Assembly (NCBI GenBank): GCA_049515895.1
Contig: JBEKTQ010000029.1
Location: 1 to 31,800 of the forward strand
Length of the DNA: 31,800 nucleotides
Source: Candidatus Bathyarchaeia archaeon
GTDB lineage: Archaea; Thermoproteota; Bathyarchaeia; Bathyarchaeales; Bathycorpusculaceae
Direction: 5' to 3'
The notes under the pieces were generated by a model. That model ran no database searches. It was not told the origin of the DNA and saw nothing but the letters and a program-made list of their open reading frames with translations. Position 1 is the first letter of the stretch; every line of letters begins with the position of its first letter. The position numbers and the translations under genes are program-made. Shown one piece after another: positions 17,768 to 27,592 of the stretch.

Positions 17768-20185
17768 CTATTTTTGGGTTCGGATAAGTAATAAACGAGT
17801 TTTCAGCTGGTCGTTTAATAAAAGTGCGAACAGGAAAAACCACGCTAACGTTATAATTACGTAAATTGGAGGTATTGGGGCTAAACCAGGTATTCCAATT
17901 ACCGAGACTAACGATGATATAACAATGTCTACAATTATCGCTGTTAGGAGGGGTCGGCTGGGTTTTGACTTCCAGAAATTGCTTCTTTCGCGCACTACAA
18001 AGATTGTGAATAATCCGCCGAATAATAACATGTCAAAAGAGAAAGTGTTTAGGACGGCTGTGTTGGACACCCCTAGATAGTTAATACCCAAGTATAGCAG
18101 CCCCAGCGACTCAATCACCGTTGCGGCACCCAATACTGTGGCTCCTTTAATAAGTGGCGTGATATTCCAGGTCTCAGGCTTTTCGGATGCTGTAACGTTG
18201 TCGGTAGAGAGCGATATAGTAACGAAGTCGACTAGGAAAAGCAACAAAACCACCTGAAAAGCGCCGACAACAAACAATCCAGTCAGCAGAAAAGCCACGA
18301 TGACGAACAGGATTACTTGGAAGGTTTTCACGATCTTGTTAAATATCCATGTCAAAATTCGCTGATAGATCACTCTGCCGGTTTGAATCAAGTCTACAAT
18401 ATTGGACAAACCCTCTTCCGTCAATACAACGCTGGCTGACCCTTTCGCCACATCCGTCGCGTTGCTTACAGCTATGCCGACTTCAGCCTGTTTCAGTGCA
18501 GCTGCGTCGTTGATCCCATCTCCTGTCATTCCAACAACGTGCCGTTCAACCTGTAAACCTTTGACGATGCGGTATTTTCCTTCGGGATAAATTTCGGCGA
18601 AACCATCGGTTTGATCGACGATTTCTGCGGTGACCACCGCGTTATCCACGTTTTTTTCAATGTCTGCCATCAGCATTATTTTTTCTCCGAGGCCTACCTC
18701 TTGAGCTATCTGCTTGGCAATCGGCTGCGAATCGCCAGTTAGCATCTTTACGGCTATCCCAAGAGACCGAAGTTTTGCTATTAGTCTTGCAGATTCAGGT
18801 CTCGGTTTGTCATAAAGTGCCACTAGCCCAACCAAGTCCATTGCTGCAGATTCTTTGCCTGACGCGACGGCGATAACGCGGTAGCCTTTTTCTGCAAAAG
18901 CATCCATTTTGTTTTTAATCTCTGTGACCTCTTCTTGTGTGAGAAGACTAACTTCTGATACGGCCGAGACGGCGCCTTTGATAACCCTTAATGTTTGGTC
19001 TTGTTTCTCAACGATTGCTTCGGTTCTCCGTGTCGAAGGGTCAAAAGGTGTGAATTTACTTTGTTTGTAGTCTTCAAGCTTTATTTTTCTGTCTTCGATA
19101 GCTGCAAAGAAAGCTAAATCTATTGGATCCTGGTTCGCCTTTTGCGATGCAAATGCGCCGAAAATGAGGGCGTCATCTTTCGTGTAATTGCCCATTTCTG
19201 CGACGTCTGCTACCGTCAGTTTGTTTTCCGTAATTGTTCCTGTTTTGTCAACGCAAAGTACGTCCATGAGGGCAGCGTCTTCCGAGGCGCTGAGTCTAGT
19301 AACGAGCACCCCCTTTCTTGCAAGCTCGTAAGAGCCAAGCGCCATGGTTATTGTAAACATCGTGGGCAACGCAACTGGTATTGTGGCCACAAGCAGGACC
19401 AACGCTAAAGACAGAACATCTAAGAGGTTTAACCCGCGGGCCCAAGAGACAGCGGCGGCGACAAGGAGCAGGGACACCACCAGAACAAGAAGCCACTTCA
19501 TGAGGTTTGAAATGACTCCCTCCATATGCAGTTTCGGCCTAGCTAACTGAACAAGCTGAGTTGTTTTGCCAAACATTGTACGTGCTCCAGTCGCAGTGAT
19601 AATCCCCGTAACTTCCCCCTTCTTAACAAGCGACCCAGAATAAACGACATCACCTACCTTCTTCTCGACGGGAAGAGACTCGCCAGTTATAGCCGACTGA
19701 TCAAACGTTGCTTCCGAATCAAGGATTTTAAAGTCTGCTGGCACGAAATCGCCAGGCCTGACCCTGATAACGTCGCTCGGCACAATTTCACCGACGTTTA
19801 TAGTTTGCCAGACGCCATCTCTCAAGACTCTTGCCTGCAATTGGAGTTTCTGTTTAAACGCTTTTACCGCTCGTGTTGCCTGCTGTTCTTGGATAAACCC
19901 TAAAATGGCGTTGACAAGGAGCAGGGCAGCTATTATGTAGACGTCTAAATATTTTCCTAAAACAGCGGAGAGCACAATGGCAACTTCCAGCATCCACGCT
20001 GCTAAACCCCAGAACCTTTTTGCAAAAGCCACGATGGGGCTTGCCCCCTTCTCTGCTACCTCGTTGCGCCCATACAACTGCTGTTTTTCCTTGACATCTG
20101 CAGAATTCAAGCCCTTCGCCCCGTTTATGGTTGGCGCATCCTCCGCTTGGACATTTGAACTTCCACCAGTTGACGTTTCAGGCAA
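17768..20185 (-). CDS. Plasma-membrane proton-efflux P-type ATPase (P3A)
   Basis: 805 aa; DQSAITGES, IPVALP, DKTGT, QDPID, FTPFDP, KGA, LTGD and TGDGINDA motifs. Confidence 0.92.
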   Translation of the reverse strand: MPETSTGGSSNVQAEDAPTINGAKGLNSADVKEKQQLYGRNEVAEKGASPIVAFAKRFWGLAAWMLEVAIVLSAVLGKYLDVYIIAALLLVNAILGFIQEQQATRAVKAFKQKLQLQARVLRDGVWQTINVGEIVPSDVIRVRPGDFVPADFKILDSEATFDQSAITGESLPVEKKVGDVVYSGSLVKKGEVTGIITATGARTMFGKTTQLVQLARPKLHMEGVISNLMKWLLVLVVSLLLVAAAVSWARGLNLLDVLSLALVLLVATIPVALPTMFTITMALGSYELARKGVLVTRLSASEDAALMDVLCVDKTGTITENKLTVADVAEMGNYTKDDALIFGAFASQKANQDPIDLAFFAAIEDRKIKLEDYKQSKFTPFDPSTRRTEAIVEKQDQTLRVIKGAVSAVSEVSLLTQEEVTEIKNKMDAFAEKGYRVIAVASGKESAAMDLVGLVALYDKPRPESARLIAKLRSLGIAVKMLTGDSQPIAKQIAQEVGLGEKIMLMADIEKNVDNAVVTAEIVDQTDGFAEIYPEGKYRIVKGLQVERHVVGMTGDGINDAAALKQAEVGIAVSNATDVAKGSASVVLTEEGLSNIVDLIQTGRVIYQRILTWIFNKIVKTFQVILFVIVAFLLTGLFVVGAFQVVLLLFLVDFVTISLSTDNVTASEKPETWNITPLIKGATVLGAATVIESLGLLYLGINYLGVSNTAVLNTFSFDMLLFGGLFTIFVVRERSNFWKSKPSRPLLTAIIVDIVISSLVSVIGIPGLAPIPPIYVIITLAWFFLFALLLNDQLKTRLLLIRTQK

Positions 20186-20307
20186 TTTTTCTTAACCTTT
20201 AGAATTCAGTTGTTTTATCATAATATCCAAATATAAACCTGCATGTCTGCTTTTGAAAAGAAATCTAAATTAATGATCGCTTACCTCTATTTTCCCGTGT
20301 GAATTGA

Positions 20308-21087
20308 ATGAAAGTAGCGGTTTCTGGCAAAGGCGGCGTTGGTAAAACCCTTATTGCAGGCGGCTTAGCCCGCGGTTTTGTAGAGCGAGGACTAAAAACT
20401 ATAGCTATCGACGCTGATTCGTCTCCAAACCTCGGCTTAACGTTGGGCTTATCCACTGAGGAAGCCCGCAAAATCGTCCCCATTTCCGAAAACAAAACGC
20501 TCGTCGAATCCAAGACAAGCACGGGTTATTCGGGTGTGTATCGTTTACAATTCAGCGTTGACGACATAGTCCGTGACTACTCGGTTGGCACGCCGCTTGG
20601 TCCAAACTTGATTGTTATGGGTACGGTGCAGTCGATGGGTGCCGGATGCATGTGCGCACCGAACGCTGTCATACGAGCTTTGCTGCGGCATTTGGTTGTT
20701 GAACGGGATGAGGCAGTTGTTTTGGATCTGGAGGCGGGTGTTGAGCACATCGGTAGGGGTACCGCAAGGCAAGTTGATACGCTGCTAATTGTGGCCGACT
20801 CAAACCTGAAGTCTTTGGAGATTGCTAAGCACATACATGACATGGCTAAAGACGCTGGGATGCAACAGCTTTATCTGGTTGGCAACCGGGTTATGAACGA
20901 AGCTCAGAAGGAAGCAATCAGCAGCTTTGCTGAAAAGAACGGTTTGCATTTACTCACTTTTGTGCCGTTCGACCAAAAAGTCATCGAAGCTGACATGCTA
21001 GGTGAAACCCCGCTCAAAAACATGGAAATTGAAGCTGTCAAAACCATAGATAATATATGCGAGCTTCTGATAAAGAAATCGCACTAA
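20308..21087 (+). CDS. cooC: CO dehydrogenase nickel-insertion ATPase (CooC family)
   Basis: GKGGVGKT, DADSSPNL, GCMC Ni-binding motif, DLEAGVEHIGRG. Confidence 0.9.
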   Translation: MKVAVSGKGGVGKTLIAGGLARGFVERGLKTIAIDADSSPNLGLTLGLSTEEARKIVPISENKTLVESKTSTGYSGVYRLQFSVDDIVRDYSVGTPLGPNLIVMGTVQSMGAGCMCAPNAVIRALLRHLVVERDEAVVLDLEAGVEHIGRGTARQVDTLLIVADSNLKSLEIAKHIHDMAKDAGMQQLYLVGNRVMNEAQKEAISSFAEKNGLHLLTFVPFDQKVIEADMLGETPLKNMEIEAVKTIDNICELLIKKSH

Positions 21088-21106
21088 TGACTTTGAGGTT
21101 TATTCG

Positions 21107-21871
21107 ATGAAAACTCTTGTGACAATTGGCCGCGGTGGAACCGGAAAATCCAGTTTCACAGCTTTAATGACCAAAACTCTTATCGAATCAGGCCAATCGC
21201 CCCTTTTGCTGGTTGACGCTGACCCAGACCAGAACCTTGCTGAAATGCTTGGAATAGACCTCAAAGAGGCAGGAAAATCAACAATCGCCGAACTACTTGT
21301 CAGCACATTCATAGAGCAAGGAGGCACTACAGTCGGCGTTCCCCCAACCGAACGCATCGAAAGCCGCATTTGGGAAAGCGGTCTCTTTGAAAGCAAAAAT
21401 TTCGATTTCCTCGCGGTGGGCACCAAATGGGTTGAGGGATGCTACTGCATGCCGAATTCCGCGCTGAAAGGGGCGTTGGAATCGTTGACCAAAAATTACA
21501 GATTCATCTTGGTTGATTCTCCAGCTGGACTTGAAAATCTGAACAGGCGAATCACTTCAAACGTTAACGATGTATTTGACATTCTTGACCATTCTAAGAA
21601 GTCCTTTGACCACGTTAAAAGAGCTTTTAAGATAGCTAAAGAAGTTGATATGAAGTTTGAAAATTTCTATTTGATCGGCGGTTACCGTTTTCCGGCAGAG
21701 TTGGGGATGCAGGCAGAGGCTGACTTGGGGTTCAAGTTTTTGGGAAAAATCGTTGAGGACGAAGATTTAGATGAGTATGTTCTTAATGGGAGATCGCTGC
21801 TTGATTTGCCAAGTGATAGTAAGGCGTACCTTTCAGTGAAGGCTATAATGAAGATGCTTGGCTACTTTTAG
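21107..21871 (+). CDS. Second CooC/AcsF-family nickel-insertion ATPase
   Basis: GRGGTGKS, DADPDQNL, EGCYC, DSPAGLENLNR. Confidence 0.88.
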   Translation: MKTLVTIGRGGTGKSSFTALMTKTLIESGQSPLLLVDADPDQNLAEMLGIDLKEAGKSTIAELLVSTFIEQGGTTVGVPPTERIESRIWESGLFESKNFDFLAVGTKWVEGCYCMPNSALKGALESLTKNYRFILVDSPAGLENLNRRITSNVNDVFDILDHSKKSFDHVKRAFKIAKEVDMKFENFYLIGGYRFPAELGMQAEADLGFKFLGKIVEDEDLDEYVLNGRSLLDLPSDSKAYLSVKAIMKMLGYF

Positions 21872-21967
21872 CGCCAAGATGTTTACATTGTGAACCGCTT
21901 TCTTTACACATTTTTTCCGAATCTTGGCATTTCTGCAAGTGTAACATGACTTTTGCCTTGAAATCTG

Positions 21968-21982
21968 GAAAGGTTTAAAAAG
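21968..21982 (+). promoter_or_regulatory. Candidate BRE/TATA promoter of cdhA operon
   Basis: GAAAGGTTTAAAAAG about 50 nt upstream of cdhA; GAGGT SD at 22015-22019. Confidence 0.45.
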
Positions 21983-22028
21983 AAAGTAAGGCAGTTTATA
22001 GGTAAACCTTTACAGAGGTTTCTTTAAT

Positions 22029-24377
22029 TTGACTACTAAAAACGTTAATGTAAAAATTGACGAATTAAAGACAAACAATAGTCTCATAAAAAATCTTCAA
22101 GTTTCCATAGGAAAAGTTGTCAACGAAAACTACACTGAACCTATGGGCCCAACACCAATGCCTTCGATGTCCACCCTTAGAGACTGGGACATGAAGCTCC
22201 TCAATAGGTACAAGCCATTCTATATGCCTGACTGTGACCTTTGCTGCCTATGCACTTTTGGAAAATGCGACTTGACAGCTGGCAAACGTGGCGCTTGTGG
22301 AATAGACATCGGTGCCCAATCCTCACGCATAGTACTTTTAGCATGTTGCATTGGAGCTGCCACACACACCGCCCACTCACGCCACATGATTCATCACCTA
22401 ATTGAAAAATACGGACGTAGATTCCCGTTAGACATCGGCGGCTTAAACATAAAAGTTGAAGCACCAATCACGCGGTTAGTTACAGGTATAAAGCCAGAAA
22501 CACTCGGCGACTTAGATGAGGTTTTAGAATACGCTGAAAAAGAAATCACACAATGCCTTGCAGTCGCCCACACAGGCCAAGAGGGTAACAATCTTGATTT
22601 TGAATCAAAAGCATTCCATGCCGGCATGATTGATCACATAGGCATGGAAGTTGGCGACATCGCCCAAGTTTCCACATTAGGCTTCCCGAAAGCTGAGCCT
22701 GAAGCTCCACTTGTTTCGTTAGGAATCGGAAGCGTGGACTTGTCTAAACCAGTTATCATGGCTATTGGGCACAACGTAATTCCATCAATCGGAATTATCG
22801 ACTATGCGAAAGACCACAAAGTTGACGATAAAATTGAAGTCGTCGGATTATGTTGCACAGCACATGACATAACCCGGTACTATAACCGCGGAAGAATCAT
22901 AGGCCCAATCAGTTGGCAACTACGTTTCGTAAGAGGCGGATTTGCAGATGTAGTTGTTCTCGATGAGCAATGTGTCCGCACAGACATTTTTGACGAAGCA
23001 CAGAAAGTTCACGCTCCAGTCATCGCCGCCTCAGAAAAGAATTGCATGGGCTTCAAGAACCGCACAGACGACCCGGCAGATGAAATTGTCTCTGACCTCG
23101 TAAGCGGCAAAGTCCCAGGCGTTTTGATCCTTGACCCAGAAAAGGTCGGTGAAGTAGCAGTCAGAGTTGCACAACAAGTCGCGCCAATCCGTAAGAAGAT
23201 GAAGAATCTTCCAAGCATCGACGAGATTAAACAAATTGCTAAGACCTGTCGACAATGCAACATGTGCCGCAGAAGCTGTCCGCAAGACCTCAAACTACCT
23301 CAAGCAATAAAGGCAGCCGCAGAAGGCAACATGGTCCCACTCACCGACCTCTATGAATACTGCATCGGATGCGGAAGATGCGAAGAAGCTTGTCCAGTTA
23401 AAATGAACGTCCACAGCTTTATAGTGAAAGCAGGCGAGCAATTCATGCTTGCAGAAAACAACTATTGTAGAGTCGGCAGAGGCGCAGTTCAAGACGTTGA
23501 AATCCGCAATGTTGGCAGCCCAATTGTGCTCGGAGAAATCCCTGGCATACTTGCAGTTGTGGGTTGCAGTAACTATCCGAAAGGTGGCAAAGATGTCTAC
23601 GATATATGCAGAGAATTCGCCAGCAGACGATATATTGTTGTAGTGTCTGGATGCTCAGCTATGACCGCAGGCAGCTACCGCAACAGCGAAGGCAAAACTC
23701 TTTACGAGGAATTCCCAGGCGGCTTCGAAGCTGGAGGAGTCCTCAATGTCGGCTCATGTGTGGCCAACAGTCACATCGCGGGCGCAGCAATCAAAGTAGC
23801 AAACATTTTCGCAAAACGCAATCTCAGAGGTAACTACGAGGAAATCGCAGATTACATTTATAACCGTCTCGGCGCAGTAGGCTTAGCTTGGGGCGCATAC
23901 TCACAAAAAGCCGCTGCAATAGCAGCCGGATTCTGGCGCTTAGGCGTTCCAGTGCTGGTTGGTCCCCACGGCGTAAAATATAGACGTATGCTTCTCGGCA
24001 GGGAAGACAAGCCTGAAGATTGGGAAGTTTACGATGCACGCACAGGAAACAAAGTCAACGTAGGCCCGGCGCCTGAACACTTATTCCAGACAGTTGAAAC
24101 GCCGCAGGAAGCAATGGTTTCAATTGCAAAACTCTGCATCAGACCCAACGACACATGGAAAGGGCGAAGCATAAAACTAAGTCACTACGTTGATTTACAC
24201 AAGCGTTACTACGGCTGCATGCCCCAAGACTTGCACCTGTTCGTAAGAACAATGGCCGATGTCCCGATGACTCTGAAAGACGAATTCAGCAAGATACTGG
24301 AAGCACACGAATGGAAGGAAACAGTAATTCCTGACCCGACCTTGCTTCCAAGAATGATCCGTAAAATGAAAGGGTGA
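22029..24377 (+). CDS. cdhA: CO dehydrogenase/acetyl-CoA synthase complex alpha subunit
   Basis: 782 aa; CDLCCLCTFGKC, HTGQEG, GHN, LCCT, two extra [4Fe-4S] motifs, VGCSNYP, GSCV, WGAYSQKA, PDPT. Confidence 0.97.
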   Translation: MTTKNVNVKIDELKTNNSLIKNLQVSIGKVVNENYTEPMGPTPMPSMSTLRDWDMKLLNRYKPFYMPDCDLCCLCTFGKCDLTAGKRGACGIDIGAQSSRIVLLACCIGAATHTAHSRHMIHHLIEKYGRRFPLDIGGLNIKVEAPITRLVTGIKPETLGDLDEVLEYAEKEITQCLAVAHTGQEGNNLDFESKAFHAGMIDHIGMEVGDIAQVSTLGFPKAEPEAPLVSLGIGSVDLSKPVIMAIGHNVIPSIGIIDYAKDHKVDDKIEVVGLCCTAHDITRYYNRGRIIGPISWQLRFVRGGFADVVVLDEQCVRTDIFDEAQKVHAPVIAASEKNCMGFKNRTDDPADEIVSDLVSGKVPGVLILDPEKVGEVAVRVAQQVAPIRKKMKNLPSIDEIKQIAKTCRQCNMCRRSCPQDLKLPQAIKAAAEGNMVPLTDLYEYCIGCGRCEEACPVKMNVHSFIVKAGEQFMLAENNYCRVGRGAVQDVEIRNVGSPIVLGEIPGILAVVGCSNYPKGGKDVYDICREFASRRYIVVVSGCSAMTAGSYRNSEGKTLYEEFPGGFEAGGVLNVGSCVANSHIAGAAIKVANIFAKRNLRGNYEEIADYIYNRLGAVGLAWGAYSQKAAAIAAGFWRLGVPVLVGPHGVKYRRMLLGREDKPEDWEVYDARTGNKVNVGPAPEHLFQTVETPQEAMVSIAKLCIRPNDTWKGRSIKLSHYVDLHKRYYGCMPQDLHLFVRTMADVPMTLKDEFSKILEAHEWKETVIPDPTLLPRMIRKMKG

Positions 24378-24383
24378 TAAGGC

Positions 24384-24926
24384 ATGTCATGCGAACCTTG
24401 GCAATGTGCTGAAATAGCAGCAACAAGAAAAGCAAACCCGATAAATAAACCCGAGATAGTAGTAGCAATGATCAAAAAAGCCACACGCCCTTTGCTCATA
24501 GTAGGCAGCTACGCAACTGAACGCTGGATGGAAGGCAAAGAGCTAATCGACTACCTGATTGACTTCGCTAACGCATCAAAAGTTCCAGTGGTCGCCACTG
24601 CGCATATGGTCGGCGAATTCTTAAAACGCGGTTATCAGCCAGCTGGTTTCATGTCTGCAATGGACATAGGCAACCGTATCGTTGACCCTAAATGGAAGGG
24701 GCTCGACGGCAAAGGTCCATATGACCTTGTCATGCTTGTGGGGCTCCCATACTACATGGAAGAACTCATGTTGTCAGGATTCATGCACTTCGCTCCGGAC
24801 CAGAAAACCATGACCTTGGACAACCTGTATCATCCTCATGCAAGCTGGTCTTTCCCAAACGCAACCCTCGAGGAATGGGCTGCAAACCTCAAAGTCATAA
24901 CTTCAAAATTTGAAGGAGGACAATAA
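24384..24926 (+). CDS. cdhB: CODH/ACS complex epsilon subunit
   Basis: MIKKATRPLLIVG, WKGLDGKGPYDL, YHPHASWSFPN. Confidence 0.95.
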   Translation: MSCEPWQCAEIAATRKANPINKPEIVVAMIKKATRPLLIVGSYATERWMEGKELIDYLIDFANASKVPVVATAHMVGEFLKRGYQPAGFMSAMDIGNRIVDPKWKGLDGKGPYDLVMLVGLPYYMEELMLSGFMHFAPDQKTMTLDNLYHPHASWSFPNATLEEWAANLKVITSKFEGGQ

Positions 24927-24929
24927 AAA

Positions 24930-26345
24930 ATGTCAATGTTTAAAGATATACCCGTTGATGTAGGAGTAATCTACGAAGGAGAACGCATCAGAAGAAACGA
25001 CATGCAAGTTGAACTCGGCGGACCCGCAGTCAAACAAAAATTTGAACTAGCCAAAGTAAAACCCATGAGCGAAATCGACGACGGAAAAATCACCATAATC
25101 GGCCCCGACATAAAGGACATGAAGGAAGGCGGAGCATACCCTCTCGGCATCCTTGTCGAAGCTGCAGGCTCAAAACTTGACCAAGGCCTTGAAGGTGTCG
25201 TTGAAAGACGCATCCACGGCTATCTAAACTACATCGAAGGCTTCATGCATCTGAATCAGCGCTACGACATCTGGATACGCATCGGCAAAAAATCATTCCA
25301 AAAAGGCTTAAACAGCTTTGAACCAATCGGCAAAGTTCTGTACCGCTTATTCAAGAGTGAACTCCCGATTATCGAGAAAGTACAAATCACCTTTATAACA
25401 GACACAGCCAAACTTGATGAACTCTACCCAGAAGCCATCCAAGCTTACGAATCACGCGACGCAAAAGCACGAGGACTCAAAGACGAAGACGTCGACACAT
25501 TCTACGGCTGCGCTCTATGCCAATCATTCGCGCCAAGCCACGTCTGCGTAATCACACCGCAAAGGTACAGCAACTGCGGCGCCATCAGCTGGTTTGACGG
25601 CAAAGCCTCAGCAAGCATAGACCCAAAAGGGCCCGTCTTCGCTATACCCAGAGGCGAAATGATAAACGCTGAAAAAGGCGAATTCTCCGGCGTCAACGAA
25701 ACCGCAAAGAAACGCAGCATGGGCGAAGTTAATCAAGTCTGGCTCTACACAGCATTCGACCACCCACATACTTCTTGCGGATGTTTCGAAGCCGTAGCCT
25801 TCTACATCCCAGAAGTCGAGGGATTAGCAGTCGTCCACAGAAGCTTCAAAGGCACAACCGTGAATGGTTTACCATTCAGCACTATCGCAGACTCAGCGGC
25901 AGGCGGAAGACAAATTGATGGATTCCACGGAATGTCCATTGAATACATGAGAAGCAAGAAATTTTTCGCAGCGGACGGCGGATGGAATCGCATCGTTTGG
26001 GTGCCCAAAGAAGTCAAAGAACGCGTTAAGGACTTCATACCGCCTGAGCTAGTTGACAAAGTAGCGACAGAAGAAGACGCAAAAACTGTTGATGAACTCA
26101 AAGCTTTCCTGAAGACCAAGGACCACCCAGTCGTAGCAAGATGGGCAGCAGCTGAAGAAGCACCAGCACCAGAAGCGCAAGCAGTTCAAGTCAACGAAGA
26201 AGCAGTTGGTACAATGATACCAGTTGCAACCGCAGGCACACTGCCAATAATGGCGGGCGGCTTCAGAATCATACTCAAAGACGCAAAGATTTACGCCAAC
26301 AAAGTCATAATCCAAACAATCAAAGACGACAAAGACAAGCGGTGA
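24930..26345 (+). CDS. cdhC: CODH/ACS complex beta subunit (acetyl-CoA synthase)
   Basis: YEGERIR, HLNQR, FYGCALCQSFAPSHVC, PHTSCGCFE A-cluster ligands; typical linker and C-terminal tail. Confidence 0.97.
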   Translation: MSMFKDIPVDVGVIYEGERIRRNDMQVELGGPAVKQKFELAKVKPMSEIDDGKITIIGPDIKDMKEGGAYPLGILVEAAGSKLDQGLEGVVERRIHGYLNYIEGFMHLNQRYDIWIRIGKKSFQKGLNSFEPIGKVLYRLFKSELPIIEKVQITFITDTAKLDELYPEAIQAYESRDAKARGLKDEDVDTFYGCALCQSFAPSHVCVITPQRYSNCGAISWFDGKASASIDPKGPVFAIPRGEMINAEKGEFSGVNETAKKRSMGEVNQVWLYTAFDHPHTSCGCFEAVAFYIPEVEGLAVVHRSFKGTTVNGLPFSTIADSAAGGRQIDGFHGMSIEYMRSKKFFAADGGWNRIVWVPKEVKERVKDFIPPELVDKVATEEDAKTVDELKAFLKTKDHPVVARWAAAEEAPAPEAQAVQVNEEAVGTMIPVATAGTLPIMAGGFRIILKDAKIYANKVIIQTIKDDKDKR

Positions 26346-27592
26346 CACAGTTGCCTACAGACGGCGACAAGAAAAAAGACGATGAAGAACTAAAACTCAG
26401 CAAAGAGCTACTTGATGCACTCTCGAAGTTCAAGCAAATCGAGATAGAAGACTTCCAAATTGACGTCAAAGAGCTAGAGCTAATCTTCGAGCCTGGAATG
26501 GCCGGGCAAATAATGCCCAAGCTAAAGCTTCCAGCCGCAGTTACAGGCGGGAAACCGACAGCGATACTTCAAACAGCTTTCATCCCGCCAGTTGAAACCT
26601 ACCCTAACAAGATAGCAGAAGTCAAACTCGGAGCAACCCGAAAGGAAGGGGGAACACGGGGAACATCATTCACCATAGGCGGCGAAACGTCACCTGCATT
26701 CTATAATTTCGAGCGGCCAACCACTCACAAGCCAGTCATCACCCTTGACGTTTTCGACATGGAAGTACCATTAAGCAAAGCAGTGAAAATGCACGTTAAA
26801 GACGTCGTTGGAGACCCAGCAGCTTGGGCGAAACTTGCGGTAAACCAGTTTAAGGCTGACATGGTTACAATCCACTTAATCAGCATCGACCCATTGCTCA
26901 AAAACGCCACACCGAAAGACGCGGTGAAAACAGTCGAAAAAGTTCTGCAGGCCGTTGACGTGCCACTAGTCATAGGGGGATGCGGTGACCCAATTAAAGA
27001 CGCCGACGTTTTCGAAGCAGTCTGCGAGGCTTTCCCAGGAGAACGCTTCCTCATCAGTTCAATAACCGGAGACATGGATGTTGAACGCTGCGCAAAATTC
27101 GTCAAGAAAAACGGGCATGTAGCACTCTCATTCACTCCGATGGACCTTAATCTGGCACGGGAACTTAACAGGCGCTTATACGACTTTCTTGGCAGAGAAG
27201 ACATCGTAATGGACTTAACCACTGCAGCGTTAGGCTACGGCTTAGACTACGCATTCACAAACATGGAACGCGCAAGACTCGGCGGATTAATGGGCGACCT
27301 GGAACTGGCCCACCCGATGTCTTCGGGAACAACTAACGCTTGGGCTGCACGTGAAGCATGGCTGAAAATGTCCGCTGAATGGGAACCACGCGAGCTCCGA
27401 GGCCCACTCTGGGAAGTAACAACAGCCTTAACACTGTTGCTGGCAGGCGTTGACTTGTTTATGATGATGCATCCAGCAGCGGTAAAAACACTCAAAGACG
27501 TGACGAATTATCTGACAAGCGGCAAAAAAGCAGACGCATCCAAGCATGCTGACTGGATTACATTGAAGGCTAAAGGGGTTGGAATGCAATGA
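26342..27592 (+). CDS. cdhD: CODH/ACS complex delta subunit (small corrinoid Fe-S protein subunit)
   Basis: LGATRKEGGTR, IGGET, LQAVDVPLVIGG, TTAALGYGLDY, NAWAAREAW, MMHP; GTGA overlap with cdhC. Confidence 0.96.
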   Translation: MTQLPTDGDKKKDDEELKLSKELLDALSKFKQIEIEDFQIDVKELELIFEPGMAGQIMPKLKLPAAVTGGKPTAILQTAFIPPVETYPNKIAEVKLGATRKEGGTRGTSFTIGGETSPAFYNFERPTTHKPVITLDVFDMEVPLSKAVKMHVKDVVGDPAAWAKLAVNQFKADMVTIHLISIDPLLKNATPKDAVKTVEKVLQAVDVPLVIGGCGDPIKDADVFEAVCEAFPGERFLISSITGDMDVERCAKFVKKNGHVALSFTPMDLNLARELNRRLYDFLGREDIVMDLTTAALGYGLDYAFTNMERARLGGLMGDLELAHPMSSGTTNAWAAREAWLKMSAEWEPRELRGPLWEVTTALTLLLAGVDLFMMMHPAAVKTLKDVTNYLTSGKKADASKHADWITLKAKGVGMQ

